The notes under the pieces were generated by a model. It was not told where the DNA came from, ran no database searches, and was given only the letters and a program-made list of their open reading frames with translations. A program made the position numbers and the translations under genes. Below, in pieces: positions 10,373 through 24,400 of a stretch of 64,000 bases of DNA. How positions within the stretch are numbered: position 1 is the first letter of the stretch; each line of letters opens with the position of its first letter. The DNA lies in NCBI GenBank assembly GCA_951406725.2, contig OX597840.1, positions 16,182,001 through 16,246,000 of the forward strand, written 5' to 3'. The DNA is from Octopus vulgaris (taxonomy: Eukaryota).

Positions 10373-13300
10373 CTGGAAAAACAGAAGAAAAATAATTTAG
10401 ATGACTGGAATATTAAGTGTGTTATTGGAAGGGAGTGGGGTGAGACGGTTCTTCTTTGTTGATGAACGAAATTCCAATTTAGCGTGTGAGAGTTACTATA
10501 AGATATAAGATTAGATATTAGATGCTAACCATGTTTAGAAAAGATGGAATTAATTAAACGACATATGGTATCAGAGAATTGTTTAAGTGATCAAGTTATA
10601 TTTTTTTCAACGATATATTTTATTGATGCAATTTAGAAATATTTGAAAAAGAAAGAAACCAAGATGAATAAATAAATCATTGGAAATGCACCAGAGAATA
10701 GTTACGAAAAAATAAGAATTGATTTAAAAAGAATAAAAATGGCCAAATGTAAGATAACTGACCTGCAGCTGGATGGTACATGATACTTGGTGGTGGTATC
10801 AGGCTGGGAGCCAGGGTACTTCCATCAGTAGCCTTTATAGAGACTGTTATACTGAACTGATCGTGAGCATGGAGACGGAGCTGTTCTAAAGTGCTGGTAA
10901 TGTCGTATTTATACAGTCGATCAAACGCCCAGAACATCTCGTGCTTGCCGCCTAAAATGCAAAACGTGCCTGCAAATTTGCATTCTCCGTCTTTGCGACA
11001 TACTTCGAATTCGACATCAGCAGATTGTCCAATGGTACGCAATAAGAAACCAGCATAGACTCGGTCTTTCTTTTGGGATTTCATTAATTCTGTTTCCAAC
11101 TGTGGAATCGTCATACCATGGAAGATGAGGTTATCATAGTCATAGTGTAATTTGTGATAATCGAAAGAAGATTCTCCTGTCGAATGAGTTCTGGTTTGCT
11201 CGTTGTGGTTGGCATCGGAACTGAAAGGATTGAGAGGTTTTTTAAGTCTGTGGATTTCGCAGTTGGCACTATCATACGGAAGTCCTCGATATTTCTGCAA
11301 GGCTTGCCAGATGGCCCAGATACGATCCACGTTTGAATGATGTAAGTAAAAGAGTGGATCGTATGAGGTGTAATGAAGAGTTGACATGCTGTAAGGAGAG
11401 CTGCCTCCTACCCACGAGTGAATTGCATTATGGGAGATTTCGAATTGGATTTCAAAGTCGCAGAAATTAGTTTGTTCTAGTGCAAACATCATTTGATCGT
11501 AGAAGAAATGTCGACCTTCAAATAGTTGGTGTCGCGGCGCTCTAGTCGTTATCTCATCAACTGAATCAATATGTGCGTGATGAAACGGATTGTCTGTCTC
11601 TTCAGTGATCAATGTTGGCAGATCAGTGAACGGCGTCGTCCAATCCCAGTAAGGAATACCTGTTTTGGCACCTTTCAGTTTCAAAGCGTCTTCCATTTGC
11701 TTCACAAACAATCTATGCCAGTGAGGGAATGTTACCATTCCATGTTGACAGCAAGCATATGCCGTACCGTTCGGGTATTTACAGCTAAGTGGCATGCCAT
11801 GATAAGCTGCAATCTTCTGGTAACCGTTCTCAGATTTGTCAGCCATTACATCACTTAAAGCATGTCTTAAGTTGTCAATCTCTGACGGTGTCAGACTGTT
11901 AACGTTCTTCCTAACAATTGTTCCCTCGGCGTATTCCTTATGATGATGATGATGTTGGTGCACAGATCCTGTAAAAGAAAACAGAGCAAGCTATGAAGTA
12001 CCGAAGAAAGATGGATCATATCTATATTTAAAGTAAAGATGAACTCATTAAAACAATTGTCTTACCTTTTGCAGGAGAATATACCAACGACGGTTTAGGC
12101 AAAGAATTCTGGTCTAAAACAGTGCCATCTATTGTTATAATTTCCATCTCCAAATGTACTTTACTGTCGTGATGGAAAAGAGATTCCATAGCGATACCTT
12201 TCTCTTTCATAACCATTGTGATGTCCATTTTATATGTTCTATCAAAATGCCATGGCATTTCAGTTTCTCCACCCAAAATGAACACAACACCAGCTGCTGA
12301 ACAACTCTTGTCGTCACATAATTTCAGGTGGACGTCGGCCGAGGTTTTGATGCCGTGGAGTAAGAAAGTGGCGAATACGCGGTCTTTCTGTTTCAATTTC
12401 TGAATTTCTATTTCCAAATGTTCAGTATCCATTCCATGGAACTCGAGATTGTCGTATTTATACCCAAAACGTTTGTAATCAAACAACATACTTGGTGTGG
12501 CCAAAGCTCGCGTGGCCAAATTGGGATTTGATTCCCAGGTGAATGGTTTCATAGCCAAAGACATTTGATCAAGGGCACAGTAAGCTTTGTCGAACGGCAT
12601 CTTTCTGTATTCTTGTAATTCTTGCCAAATTGCCCAAATACGGTCGACCTGAAACAAATATAATAAAACAAAGTCAAACACTTCCGGTCATTTTATTATA
12701 AAACACACAAGAGATAATACATATGAAATTACACGTATGTATGTATGTATGTATGTACGTATGCATGTATGTATGTATATATATGTAGGTTAACACTGGA
12801 AAGTAAGAGGTATATATACCCAACTGGTTTATTATTGTCTAATGGGGACATGATAATCTTTTCTACTCTAGGCACAAGGTTCGAAATTTGGTGGGAGAGG
12901 GCGGCCAATTAGATCGACTCCAGTACGTAACTGGTACTTAATTTATCGACTCCGAAAGGATGAAAGCAAAGTCGACCTCGGCGGAATTTGAACTCAGAAC
13001 GTAAAGACAGACGAAATACCTATTTCTTTACTACCCACAAGGGGCTAAACACAGAGAGGACAAACAAGGACAGACAAACAAATTAAATCGATTATATCGA
13101 CCCCAATGTGTAACTGGTACTTATTTAATCGACCCCGAAAGGATGAAAGGCAAAGTCGACTTCGGCGGAATTTGAACTCATAACGTAAAGACAGACGAAA
13201 TACCGCAAAGCGTTTCGCCCGGCGTGCTAACGTTTCTGCCAGCTCGCCGCCTTGGGGACACGATAATGAAACCAAATTGCATTTTAAATGAACGCCGTAT

Positions 13301-13629
13301 AGAATGACAGTTCTTTATCTGAGAGAAAAGAATTGGAATGTAAAAAAAACCTCATTGATTCCTATTTAAACGTTCAGTTCCAGTAAAGTGTGTAAGATGT
13401 TGAAGAATTCATGTCCCTCACAGCACGACAGCAACAACTATAACAAGAGGAATATTTTCTATTACGGGCACAAGACCGTTTCGTGGCAAGTGGAGTAGTT
13501 GGGTACATCGACCCCAGTGTTTCACTGGTACTTATATTATCGACCTCCGAAAATATGAACGGCAAAATCAACTCCGGTAGAATTTGAACTGAGAACACGA
13601 GGACGGACGAAATGGGGCTAAGCTCGCCG

Positions 13630-13660
<31 letters not shown>

Positions 13661-14642
13661 GGTTTCAAACTTTGGCACAAGGCCAGCAATTTCGGAGCTG
13701 ATAATACCGACCCCAGTTCTCTTCTGATATGAGCACAAGGCCTTATATTGTCATGAAAAAGGGCTAGTCGACTACAACAGATCCAAAATTTGACTGGTAT
13801 TATTTTATCGACCCCGAAGTGATGAGAGACAATGTCGACCACACTGGCATTTGAACTCAACTCAGAGCGTAAGCAAAGAAGAAATATCAATGAAGCTTCA
13901 CTTACCATAGAATGGTGGATGTAAAATATAGGGTCGAAAGAGCTGTATACCAAACTGGACATGGCATATTTCTGGTGACCACCCAAGAGATAATGAATAG
14001 AATTGTGAACGACTTCGAATTGGACTTCAAAATCGCAGAAATCTTCCTGTTCCAGCATTAGTAGAACTTGATCGTACAGCAAAGACGTTTCACCTCCCTT
14101 TGCCAGTTCAAATAATTCCTGTTGAACATCACGTACAGTGTATGTATCTTCTGATTTGATGTAACCCCTGAGGAAAGGGTTCTCAATCACAACATCATTC
14201 CAAGCGTCATAGTAATCAGACCTGGACAAAACACTTGGTAACTTTTCAGAATGCGTTGTCCAATCCCAGTAAGGAATTGCAACATTGGAACCATGTCTTC
14301 GTAGAGCCTCTTCGAATTGCAGTGCATAGATACGATGCCAATGAGGGAAAGTTGCCATACCATGTTGGCAACAGGCGTATTTCGCGTTCTCTGGATCTGG
14401 ACACATTGTAGAACCGTGATAACTTGCGACAGTCTGGAATCCGAAATTGCTCTCATCTTCCTTCATACGTGTTAAAGCAGACATGATATTTTGGACATCT
14501 CGTTCTTCTAAGGAGTTGATGTTTTTGCGAATTCTGTTGTGTGGAATAAATCTTTGTTTCTCTAGTCCTGTTTAGAAGGAAAGGCGAGATAACATTTAGA
14601 CAAGAGAATCTAGAAATGATACGACAGATCAAAGAGAGAAGA

Positions 14643-14700
<58 letters not shown>

Positions 14701-14772
14701 ATTGATAAATAGATTGATAGATAGATAGACAGATAGATAGACAGACAGATAGATAGATAGATAGATAGATAC

Positions 14773-14820
<48 letters not shown>

Positions 14821-15397
14821 TGGAAGGAGAATAATAAAGGGAAATGAGAACGACTTACTCATTGCAGGAATACGAATAATGGTTGCCTGTGGGATTAAGT
14901 CTGATGGTAAATCAGTTCCATTAGCTGTCTTGATATGGTGATGGATGTGGAAATGAGAATCGAATTTCAATCCCATATCATGAAGAATATCGGTAATTTC
15001 CATCACATAAAGACGATCAAAAGCCCATGACATCTCCGCGCTTCCACCCAAAATGGAGAAATGGCTGCCGTCGTGACACGAATTCTTTTTATCACAAACC
15101 TGAAAGAAAGAAATTGATTTTGGGTTATTTTTACGGAAAGGAATGGCGGAGAGTGTTAGTGATGAGAAAGTAAACCTAAGTGCAGAGACGAAAATCTGGT
15201 TAGTGTGTGTATGCATGCGTTTATGTTAGTGTGTGTTAATGTGTTTGTATTACTGTTTCTCAGTGAGTGTACGGGAAGATGTGTTTATGCTTTTTGTCTT
15301 CACGTATATGTTGCGTCCGACGTGTGTATGTGTGCGCGTATATGTCTGTCTGTGTGTATACGTGTAGTTGATGTGTAGATGTGTGTGTGTGCGTGCG

Positions 15398-15448
<51 letters not shown>

Positions 15449-18400
15449 TGAATTTTCGATATTAACCCAAGTGCTGTGTCGTTCAGGTTTGCAAAGGCGG
15501 CGTAAACTTACCTGGAAAGTAGCATAGGCCGACTGACCGATTCCTTTCAATAAGAACCCTGCGAACATTCGTTCTCTTTGCTTCTGAGTCCTGATGTAAG
15601 CTTCCAGTTGTGCAACCGACATGCCATTCATTTCCAGCATATCGTATTCATAGTGGAAATGTTCTTTGTACTTGAAGACGGCTGAGGGCGTAGAGTATTT
15701 ATAGGTATGAGGGTTCAAATTGTAGGGAGGACCGAACGAGAAAGGTTTCAGTGGCTTCGACATCATTTCAATAGCACAGTTGGATTCGTAAGCCGGAAGA
15801 CCTCTTAACTTCTGAAGTTCCTGCCAAATAACCCACAGGCGGTCGACGTTGGCGTGATGGGAGTAAAAAGCTGGGTCATAAGCAGCGTAATGTAGGTGGT
15901 TCATCGAGTACATTTCTTTACCACCCAGCCAAGAATGGATAGCATTATGAACGACCTCGAATTGAATTTCAAACTCGCAATAATCCGTTTGTTCTAAAGC
16001 CAAAATAATGTTATTGAACAACCAAGTTTGTTTTCCCAATTCGGGTTTTTCAAACATATGTGGGCTGATATCACGGTGGGTCATAGTCTCTTTGCTGATA
16101 TATGATATGTGACCGTGGTTAAAAGGGTTGAACATTTCGATACCTGTGTATGGGTTGACGTATTTCTCTAAGGCGAGGAAGCTGGGTATTTCTGACATTG
16201 GATAAGTCCAGTCCCAGTAGGGAACACCGACTTTGGCGCCGTGTCTTTGCAAAGCTTGCTCGAACTGAACGACAAACAGACGGTGCCATTGAGGGAAAGT
16301 GGCCATACCGTGGAGGCAACAGGCGTAGCGATGTTTCGCTGTTGGGTTCGGACACATCGGTGGAAGAGCGTGGAAAGTTGCTATGCTTTCGAAACCGTCT
16401 GAAGACTTGTCCTTTTGCATTCGTTTTAAAGCGTGCATAAGAGAATCGATTTCCTCAAGAGATAAACGATTTATATTCTTTCTTATAAGGTTTGCTCGTA
16501 CCAATTTCTTCTCGTCGCTCTCGGAATGGGCACCTGCAAAACGACAATAAATCTTACATCAATTCAAGAAATAAGCAAGCATTTTACAAAAACAATAATT
16601 TAAAAAAAATATGTAAATTAAAAGAAGGAAATCTCCAAGCATAGGAACATGAAAATATATTGGATGTGATAGAAAGTTTATCTTACCATGTTTCGGAACA
16701 AATATAATGGTTGGTTCTGGAAATATTTTCTTTTCTATCTTCGATCCATTTACAGCTCTAACTTCTGTTGAAATACGGAAGTGACTATTGTGGTTGAGCC
16801 CTAACTTCATTAGTGAATCAGTGATCTCGTAACGGAAGAGGTGAGTGAATCTCCATGGCATTTCCGATTCTCCTCCCAAGATGGAAAACACTCCGGCGTA
16901 GTTGGCACAGTTCTCTTGGTTCCGGCCAGTCGGAGCACATATGTAAATTCTAACATCGGCAGAAGCTTTCACCCCGTGCAACAAGAATGCTGCAAAAACA
17001 CGATCTTGTTGGTGTCTGTTGTGTTGCAAGAGATTTTCCAGTTGAATAACAGTGAGACCGTTGAAAGCGAGTGAGTCGTATTTGTAATGAAGCACATTCT
17101 GATAGTCGAACACATCGTTTGCTCTGCTATGAGTGAAGGTCAAAAGATTGGAGTTTGCAGTTTTGTTGCTGAAAGGACGCATTGGTTGGTTGAGCAGTCC
17201 AAGAGCACAGTTGGCACTGTTATAGGGTAATTTACGGTAGCGTTGCAGTTCCTGCCAAATGGCCCAGAGACGATCCATGTTGCTATGATGAAGGAAGAAA
17301 GCGGGGTCGTAGGCTGCATAATCAAGTGACGACATGGAATGAGGATCTCGACCACCAAGCCAAGAGTGGAGACTGTTATGAAGGACTTCTAAGTGAGTGG
17401 CAAATTCACAAAAGTCTGTTTGTTCAAAGGCGAACAGTGCATGTTCATAAAAATAGCTGTTTCCGAAGAGATTCGGTTGAGGGTCACGGTCAGTTTCTGT
17501 GTTTTCAAATGATATCTTTCCATTGAAGAAAGGATTGGACTCAATGTGAAGAGTGCGTGAATTATAGAACGTAGCTTCGTTGATAAGTTTCGGTAATTCG
17601 TCGAAAGACTTCAGCCAATCCCAGTACGGAACGGCAACTGAAGAACCTCTAGCCAACAGTTCATGCTCAACAGACACCGTATATAAACGATGCCAATGAA
17701 GGAAGTTGGGCATACCGTGCAAACAACACGTGTACACTTTGCTACCGTCTTCGTTCGGACATTTAGCAGGAAGTCCGTGGAAAGCTGCTATTCTTTCATA
17801 TGTACCATCCATCTTGATCTGTTTGAAAGCATTTCTCAGAGATTCAATTTCACCGACATCCAAATCTTCCAAATTCTTCCTGATTCGATTAGCACTCGTC
17901 ACAGGTTCGATCCAGGCACGGTCTTCGCCATAATGACCTACGAAAAACGAAAAACGAAAAGAAAGTAAAAATACAGAAATGTCATTTAATCAAAGCTTCG
18001 ACGATAGTGTTTGTAGAGCCATCTAAAATATTTTCAGACCAATTGAATTATGAACCATTCTGTGTGTAGGGAGGAGTGTGGCTAATATGACATTAAATAT
18101 TCGGTTATGTAATTATGGAATGAAAGTAATTTCGGGTTTAATTTTTCAAAGGAATTTGTAAAATTGAGAAGATAAAAATGGATTCAATTTTAATGCGGCG
18201 ATGGAATTATTATTGAATGTAATTAAATGTAAGCTTTAACTTGCCTAATCCAGGTTCAAATATGACTGCAGGTTCTAAACCAAGACTTGTCACTTCAGCA
18301 CCACTCATGTCTTTCAGTGTATATTCAATGTGGTAGAGATCGTTGTAATGGAGGTGCAGGTGTTCCATTTGTCTAGTAATGTCGGCTTTGTACACTCTGT

Positions 18401-21400
18401 CGAACTTCCATGGCATTTCGTTCTCGCTACCCAATACGTAGAATTCACCAGCTTTATTTCGGTCAGTACTTCCATGCAATCGGATGTAATACTCAACGAG
18501 AAGGGACTGTTTGTGACCCTCCAGTAAGAAAGTAACGAAAATACGATCCTTAGCTCGACGTTTGTTAATCTCTGTCTGCAATTGCGGGATGGACATGCCA
18601 CTGACGTCAAGTGAGTCGTATTCGTAGTGGAAGCTTTTCGTGTAGTCGAACGCATCGAAAGGAACGGAATGTTCACGGGTTTGCGAGTCAACGTTGATGT
18701 CGCTTGACAAACTGAAAGGAGACATCGGTTGACGAAGAAGCTCGATTGCACAGTTGGCAGAGTTGTATGCATTTCCTCGATGTTTCTGTAAAGCTTGCCA
18801 GATGGCCCAGATTCTATCGACGTTTGAGTGGTGCAGTAAGAAGATTGGGTCGTAAGCAGTGAACTCGAGAGAGGACATTGAATAGGGCTCAGTACCTCCA
18901 ACCAAAGCATGGATATGGTTATGTGCAATTTCAAACTGTACTTCGAACGAACAAAAGTCTTCCTGTTCAAGAGCGTAGATTACTTCATTGGTCAAAGAAG
19001 TAAATTCACCGAATTTCGGTTGGAGGAAAAGGTCAGCTGAAGGAGCACGAGATGTAGTCTTTCCTATATGGTCGATCGAACCACTGAAGAATGGGTTGAC
19101 GTGAGTTTCGCCATTCATATCGGTATATTGTTCTTCAGCTACAAGGTTCGGAAGTGCGCTGATCGGATTCAGCCAATCCCAGTAAGGAATTCCACCGTCA
19201 TAACCGTTTCGTCGTAAACCATTTTCGAAGTTCAATGTAAGTAATCTATGCCAGTGTGGGAACGTGGCCATTCCATGGTGACAACAAGCATATTTATGTT
19301 CGGCGTCAGGACTGGGACACCATTCTGTAGAACCGTGGAAGGCAGCCACTTGTTGATAGCCATTCGCTGTTTTATCTGCTTCGTATTTTTCCAGGGCTTC
19401 TCGCAGAGCTGCCATCTGGCTCGCTGTTAGAGTAGACACTTCTTTTCTTGTACGGAAGTTTTCGTCAAATTTAACGTCTGTTTCAACTGAAATACAAGAC
19501 GATACACAAACAAAATTAGGTTTAGCTCATATTCTATACATCAATGCTGATTGACACATCAACACTAGAAACTAGAATTGGGAGACCATTATATAACAGA
19601 ACGCATATTGAAGTTAAGTGACATCTCACAAACCATGTAACCGAAAATATCTCCGAAATCTAAAGATTTATAAAATAATTTTTTAAATTATTTAAAAATG
19701 GAATTTAAAAAAAAAAAACGATAGTACAATATAAAAATTTGGTGATTCGCTATAAACATCCCACCGAAAAGTTATTATTCAGTATCTAAAAAAAAATTCT
19801 TTGAACTTTAATGTTTTGAACACAATTGTAATTTTTTAAAACTAGCAATTATAAATGTAGATAAAGATATATATTGTTTTTAAATCTCGAAATTAGTTAT
19901 AAAGATAGCCTTTAAAGTATATTAAATTAAATTCAAACTATATTCCAACGTATAGTTTGAAATAAAACGTTAGACTTTTTTTCAGAAGTCCGAGGATAGT
20001 CCTTGAAAAGACTGCATGTAGCCGTTCGGCCTCAGCTTTTGTTCTTTTTACTTCTGCTATAGACTGACGAAACTAATGGCATTCAATAACTTGAATGACT
20101 AAAACAACCACTTTTGATATTCCATATTATGAGAATTTAAGAAGGGAAAATACAAGCAAGATAAAAAGAAAGAATTTTCATTACCTTTGCCGGGTTCGAA
20201 TATGACAATCGGTTGTGAAATAATGGTCGATGGTAAAGCAGTTCCATTGACATCTTTGATATCGACACGGAGAGTGAAATCGCCAAATGGATCAACACCC
20301 AAAGCTTTGAGGGAATCTGTAATTTCTTGTCTGAATAATCGATCAAATCTCCATGGCATTTCCTTGGTGCCACCAAGAATAGAAATTGGTGAAGCTAGAT
20401 ATTCGTTACCAGCTGCCACAACATAAAGATCGATATTTGCCGATGTTTTAATACCCCCGAAGAGGAAACCGGCGAATACCCGGTCATGGGTTTTCTTTTC
20501 ATCGATGTGTTTCTGCAGTTCTCGAATTGACATGCCGCCAAACGACAGGCTATCAAACGTATAGCCAAGGTTGGCTTGGTAGTCGTACACATCGGTGGGT
20601 ATTGCATGTGCTCTGGTGTGTTCGTTATTGTTGAAGGGAGACTCAAAAGCGAATGGTTTGAGAGGTCGATGCACTTCGGAATTGGCACAATATGCTTTAT
20701 ATGGTTTTCTTCTGTGTATTTGCAGTGCTTGCCATATGGCCCATAACCTGTCCACTTGGGCGTGATGTAACCAGAAGAGAGGATCGAACGAAGTATAATG
20801 CAGTGACGACATGGAGTAGGCCTCTTTGCCACCAATCCAAGCGTGAACAAAATTGTGTGTAACCTCGAACTGAACTTCGAAGTCACAGTATTCATCTTGT
20901 TCGTAGGCCAATAACAAACCGTCGTATAGTGGACAATGGTCACCTTTGGCTGGTTGCATCAGCAATCTACATAAAACAAAACAAGCCTCAATTATATCTT
21001 CACACACAAAAAAAAAAAAAAAAATTCACTAATATAAATTTTAGCCGATGCATGCTTATTAATAAATTCAAATTAAATAATATTTATTGAATATAAATTT
21101 TACTAATTGTTTTTCGTCTCCCCATATCCTCCCTCACTTCTTCTCGAACATGCTGTGGTAAAATTTTACAGAAAATTTCATGTATATACCATCGATAATC
21201 AATCAATCAATATAGTCTAACTATGACCTTTGAAAGACAATCAACAATTAGCCATTGCTCTGTTTGCTTCCGGTATATTCTGAATTTCCTAATAGCGTCT
21301 CTATGACAATCCACGCAACATACCCGACTGTATTAGCATTATTCTCTCTCTTTCTCTCTCTCTCTCTTTTTCGTGCGCACGTGTGTGCATAGTCTGGGTT

Positions 21401-24400
21401 TGAAACCTGAACAGTCGTTTCGAAAGTAATCCTCTAGTACTCTCAAATACTTTGATACCAACAAGAGCTATCATTCGACAAATGTCAAAAAGTGTGCAAG
21501 ATGGAATAACGGTAATAATAACGAGGAAATGAAGAGCTGTTCTATGAAATGAAGAGCTGTTTCCAATCAATAAAAAAAATCGATAAAGGGCCAGAGTTAC
21601 AAACCTTGGATCAACATCGCGTGTAGTGTAGACCCCGGAATGGAGGAAGTCGATGGAGGCACGGAAGAAAGGATTCGGTTTACTTTCCAATGTGAAAGGA
21701 TCTTGATATGTTTCTTCAGCAACCAAAGAGGGCAGATGGGTGATGGGTTTTGACCAATCCCAATATGGCACACCAACTGTAGATCCTCTGTCAGCGAGGG
21801 CGTCCTCAAGCTGCATGATTACAAGCCGGTGCCAGTGAGGAAATGTAGCCATTCCATGTTCACAGCAAGCAATACGATTTGGAGCATCTGGTCGCGGGCA
21901 TTTGGCAGGAAGACCGTGGAATTCTGCCAGAGCTTGGTAACCATTAATGGATTTATCCAACATAAAACGTTCCATGGCAATTCTTACTCCATATTCTTCT
22001 TCCTTAGTGAGGACACTGACATCTTTACGTATTTTGACATCAGCTTTATCAACTTTGATCATCTCAGCTGAAATTAGAGAAGAGAGACACGTCAAATAGG
22101 CGTTAATTTTGAAATAATTCATTTCAATTCAAAACTATTGTCTAAAATATTTCGACATTACATTTGCAGGGAGAACCTCCTTGCGCTCTTCCCCAGAAAT
22201 TATAATTTCCTGAATTATGTATCCTTTATCTTTTGTTGTTAATTTTTGACTATATTTAGTAAATTTTCAGCGGCCATGCTTGAGCAGTGATTGGAGGGTT
22301 TTAGTCGATTAAAATCGATCCCTGTACATATTTTAAAATCTTGTATTTATTTGCCGAACCTTTTCCTCGTGGCATATTTATGATTCTATTTTCTTTAATT
22401 AATTATCAATAGAATATTATTATCATCATTACCATCATCATCATTGTCCCGATCTCATAATTATATTAGCTTCAGTTTGAAGAAATATTTAACAGAAGTG
22501 GTAGGCCTAAAACGTGGATGTTACGAACTAACTATATGTTGTAGACAAAGCACGGATAACCGTGTTAACACAACAATTTGCTGCTTGGCTGACTTTAGCA
22601 ACAGCTTAGCCTCTGGTGAGGATTCTTTCAAGAAGTCTGCTTACCTTGTTGCCTACATTTTCACTGGCATCAGTCCTACCGTTCACGCTTGATGTAATGA
22701 AGACCTTCAAATCACATCAGCTCGCGGATTTTACAGCCTTCCCCTACTTATAAATAACCATAGATCGTATTCGGCGACGCAGAGAGCTTAATTAATATTA
22801 CTATATCTACAATTAACCAGATTAGTAATGAAATCAGATAAATCTCAATTACAATGTGAACTTCATTTTACAAAAAAAAACAAAAAAACTTTATCTGCGG
22901 AATAAATCTTAAATGTTCCTGTTGTGAAGACATCTTCAGATTTTACTTTCGATCAAATGATGCTGTTGTTTAGCCCTGTTTATGTAGACTTACGAACAAA
23001 GCCATTACAACTGCGAACAATCCATATATTTGTGTATATGGAAGTACATTTAGTAATGTATTCCGTCTTATTTAGATTGTAATTTGAGGAAGATTTAGTA
23101 GCTATTTCTTGATAGCCGTCTGATCGAATGATTTAGTGACTTGTGTTATTTACCGGTGTTTAAAACGAAGTTTCTGTCGAAATATGTTTGAATGGTACTT
23201 ACGGTCGTGATGTCCAACTTCCGGTATGTAGGTAACAATTGGTTTCGGAATAATATCACTAGGCAGATGACTTCCGTTGATGGCAGTTACTTCGGCTTTC
23301 AGATAATAGTTTCCATCCAATTCCAATCCTAACGACTTGACAGTATCGGTGATGTCATGAAGATAAGGATAACCGAAATCCCATGGCATTTCTCTTTTAC
23401 CACCAAGGATGAAGAATTCTCCAGCGTCGTGATGGCAGTCATCACTCTTTCTTGAATCTTTGCTCGGGATACACACCGAGATATGGACATTAGCAGATGT
23501 CTTGATGCCGCCCAGTCGGAAGTTGGCGAAAGATCTCGGATGAGATTGACGTTCCTTTAATAAGCTGTCTAATTCGGAAATGCTCATTCCATTCAATGTG
23601 AGATCGTCGTAATTATATTCCAAATGATCGGCAGTAAATATATCGGCTGCCTTAGCGTTGTTCTTGGTCAGTTCGATCGGGTTAGAATCTCGTCCGAACG
23701 GTTCCATGGGAGTATGCAACAGGTTCAAACCGCAGTTAATTTTGCTATCGTGACCTCGATGTTTCTGAAGCGCTTGCCATATAGTAAACAGACGCTCAAC
23801 GTTGGAATGATGCAAAAAGAAGAGTGGGTCGTATGAGGTGTACTCCAGACTAGACATAGAATAAGTATATCTGCCGCCAACTAAGAAGTGCACTGGATTG
23901 TGAGCTACCTCGAATTGAACTTCAAATCGACAATATTCTTCCTGTTCAAAAGCCATCAAGATGTTCTCCAGTAAGCTGTTTTTCTTTCCATGTGAAGCGT
24001 CGAAAAGATGGTCATCAACTGCTCTTGCGGTGGATTTCTTCTCAAAAGCAATGGCACCCGAATAAAAGACATTTTTCTTTGCTTTCTCGCCGCTGGGGTC
24101 AATAAACAACGGATGCTGCACCAGTGCCGGCAGTTCGGACATCGGCTGTGTCCAGTCCCAATAGGGGACGCCATGAGTTGACCCATGACTTGCCATAGCC
24201 TGTTCGAATTGTACAAGGTACAGCCTGTGCCACAAAGGAAACGTAGGCATACCATGCAGGCAACATACCACTGTGCTACCATCGGCAGCTTTGCAGTCGG
24301 CCGGTTCTCCGTGATAGGCTGAAATAGCCTGGAAGCCAGTTGGACCTTCGTCCTTTTGCATAGAATATAAGGCCACTTGTAGACTGACAACTTCATCCTG

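Noticed and set aside
18314-20943. Alternative-frame ORFs of 182-218 aa overlapping FU-b and FU-c
   Set aside because: Shadow frames of coding exons with no recognisable motifs
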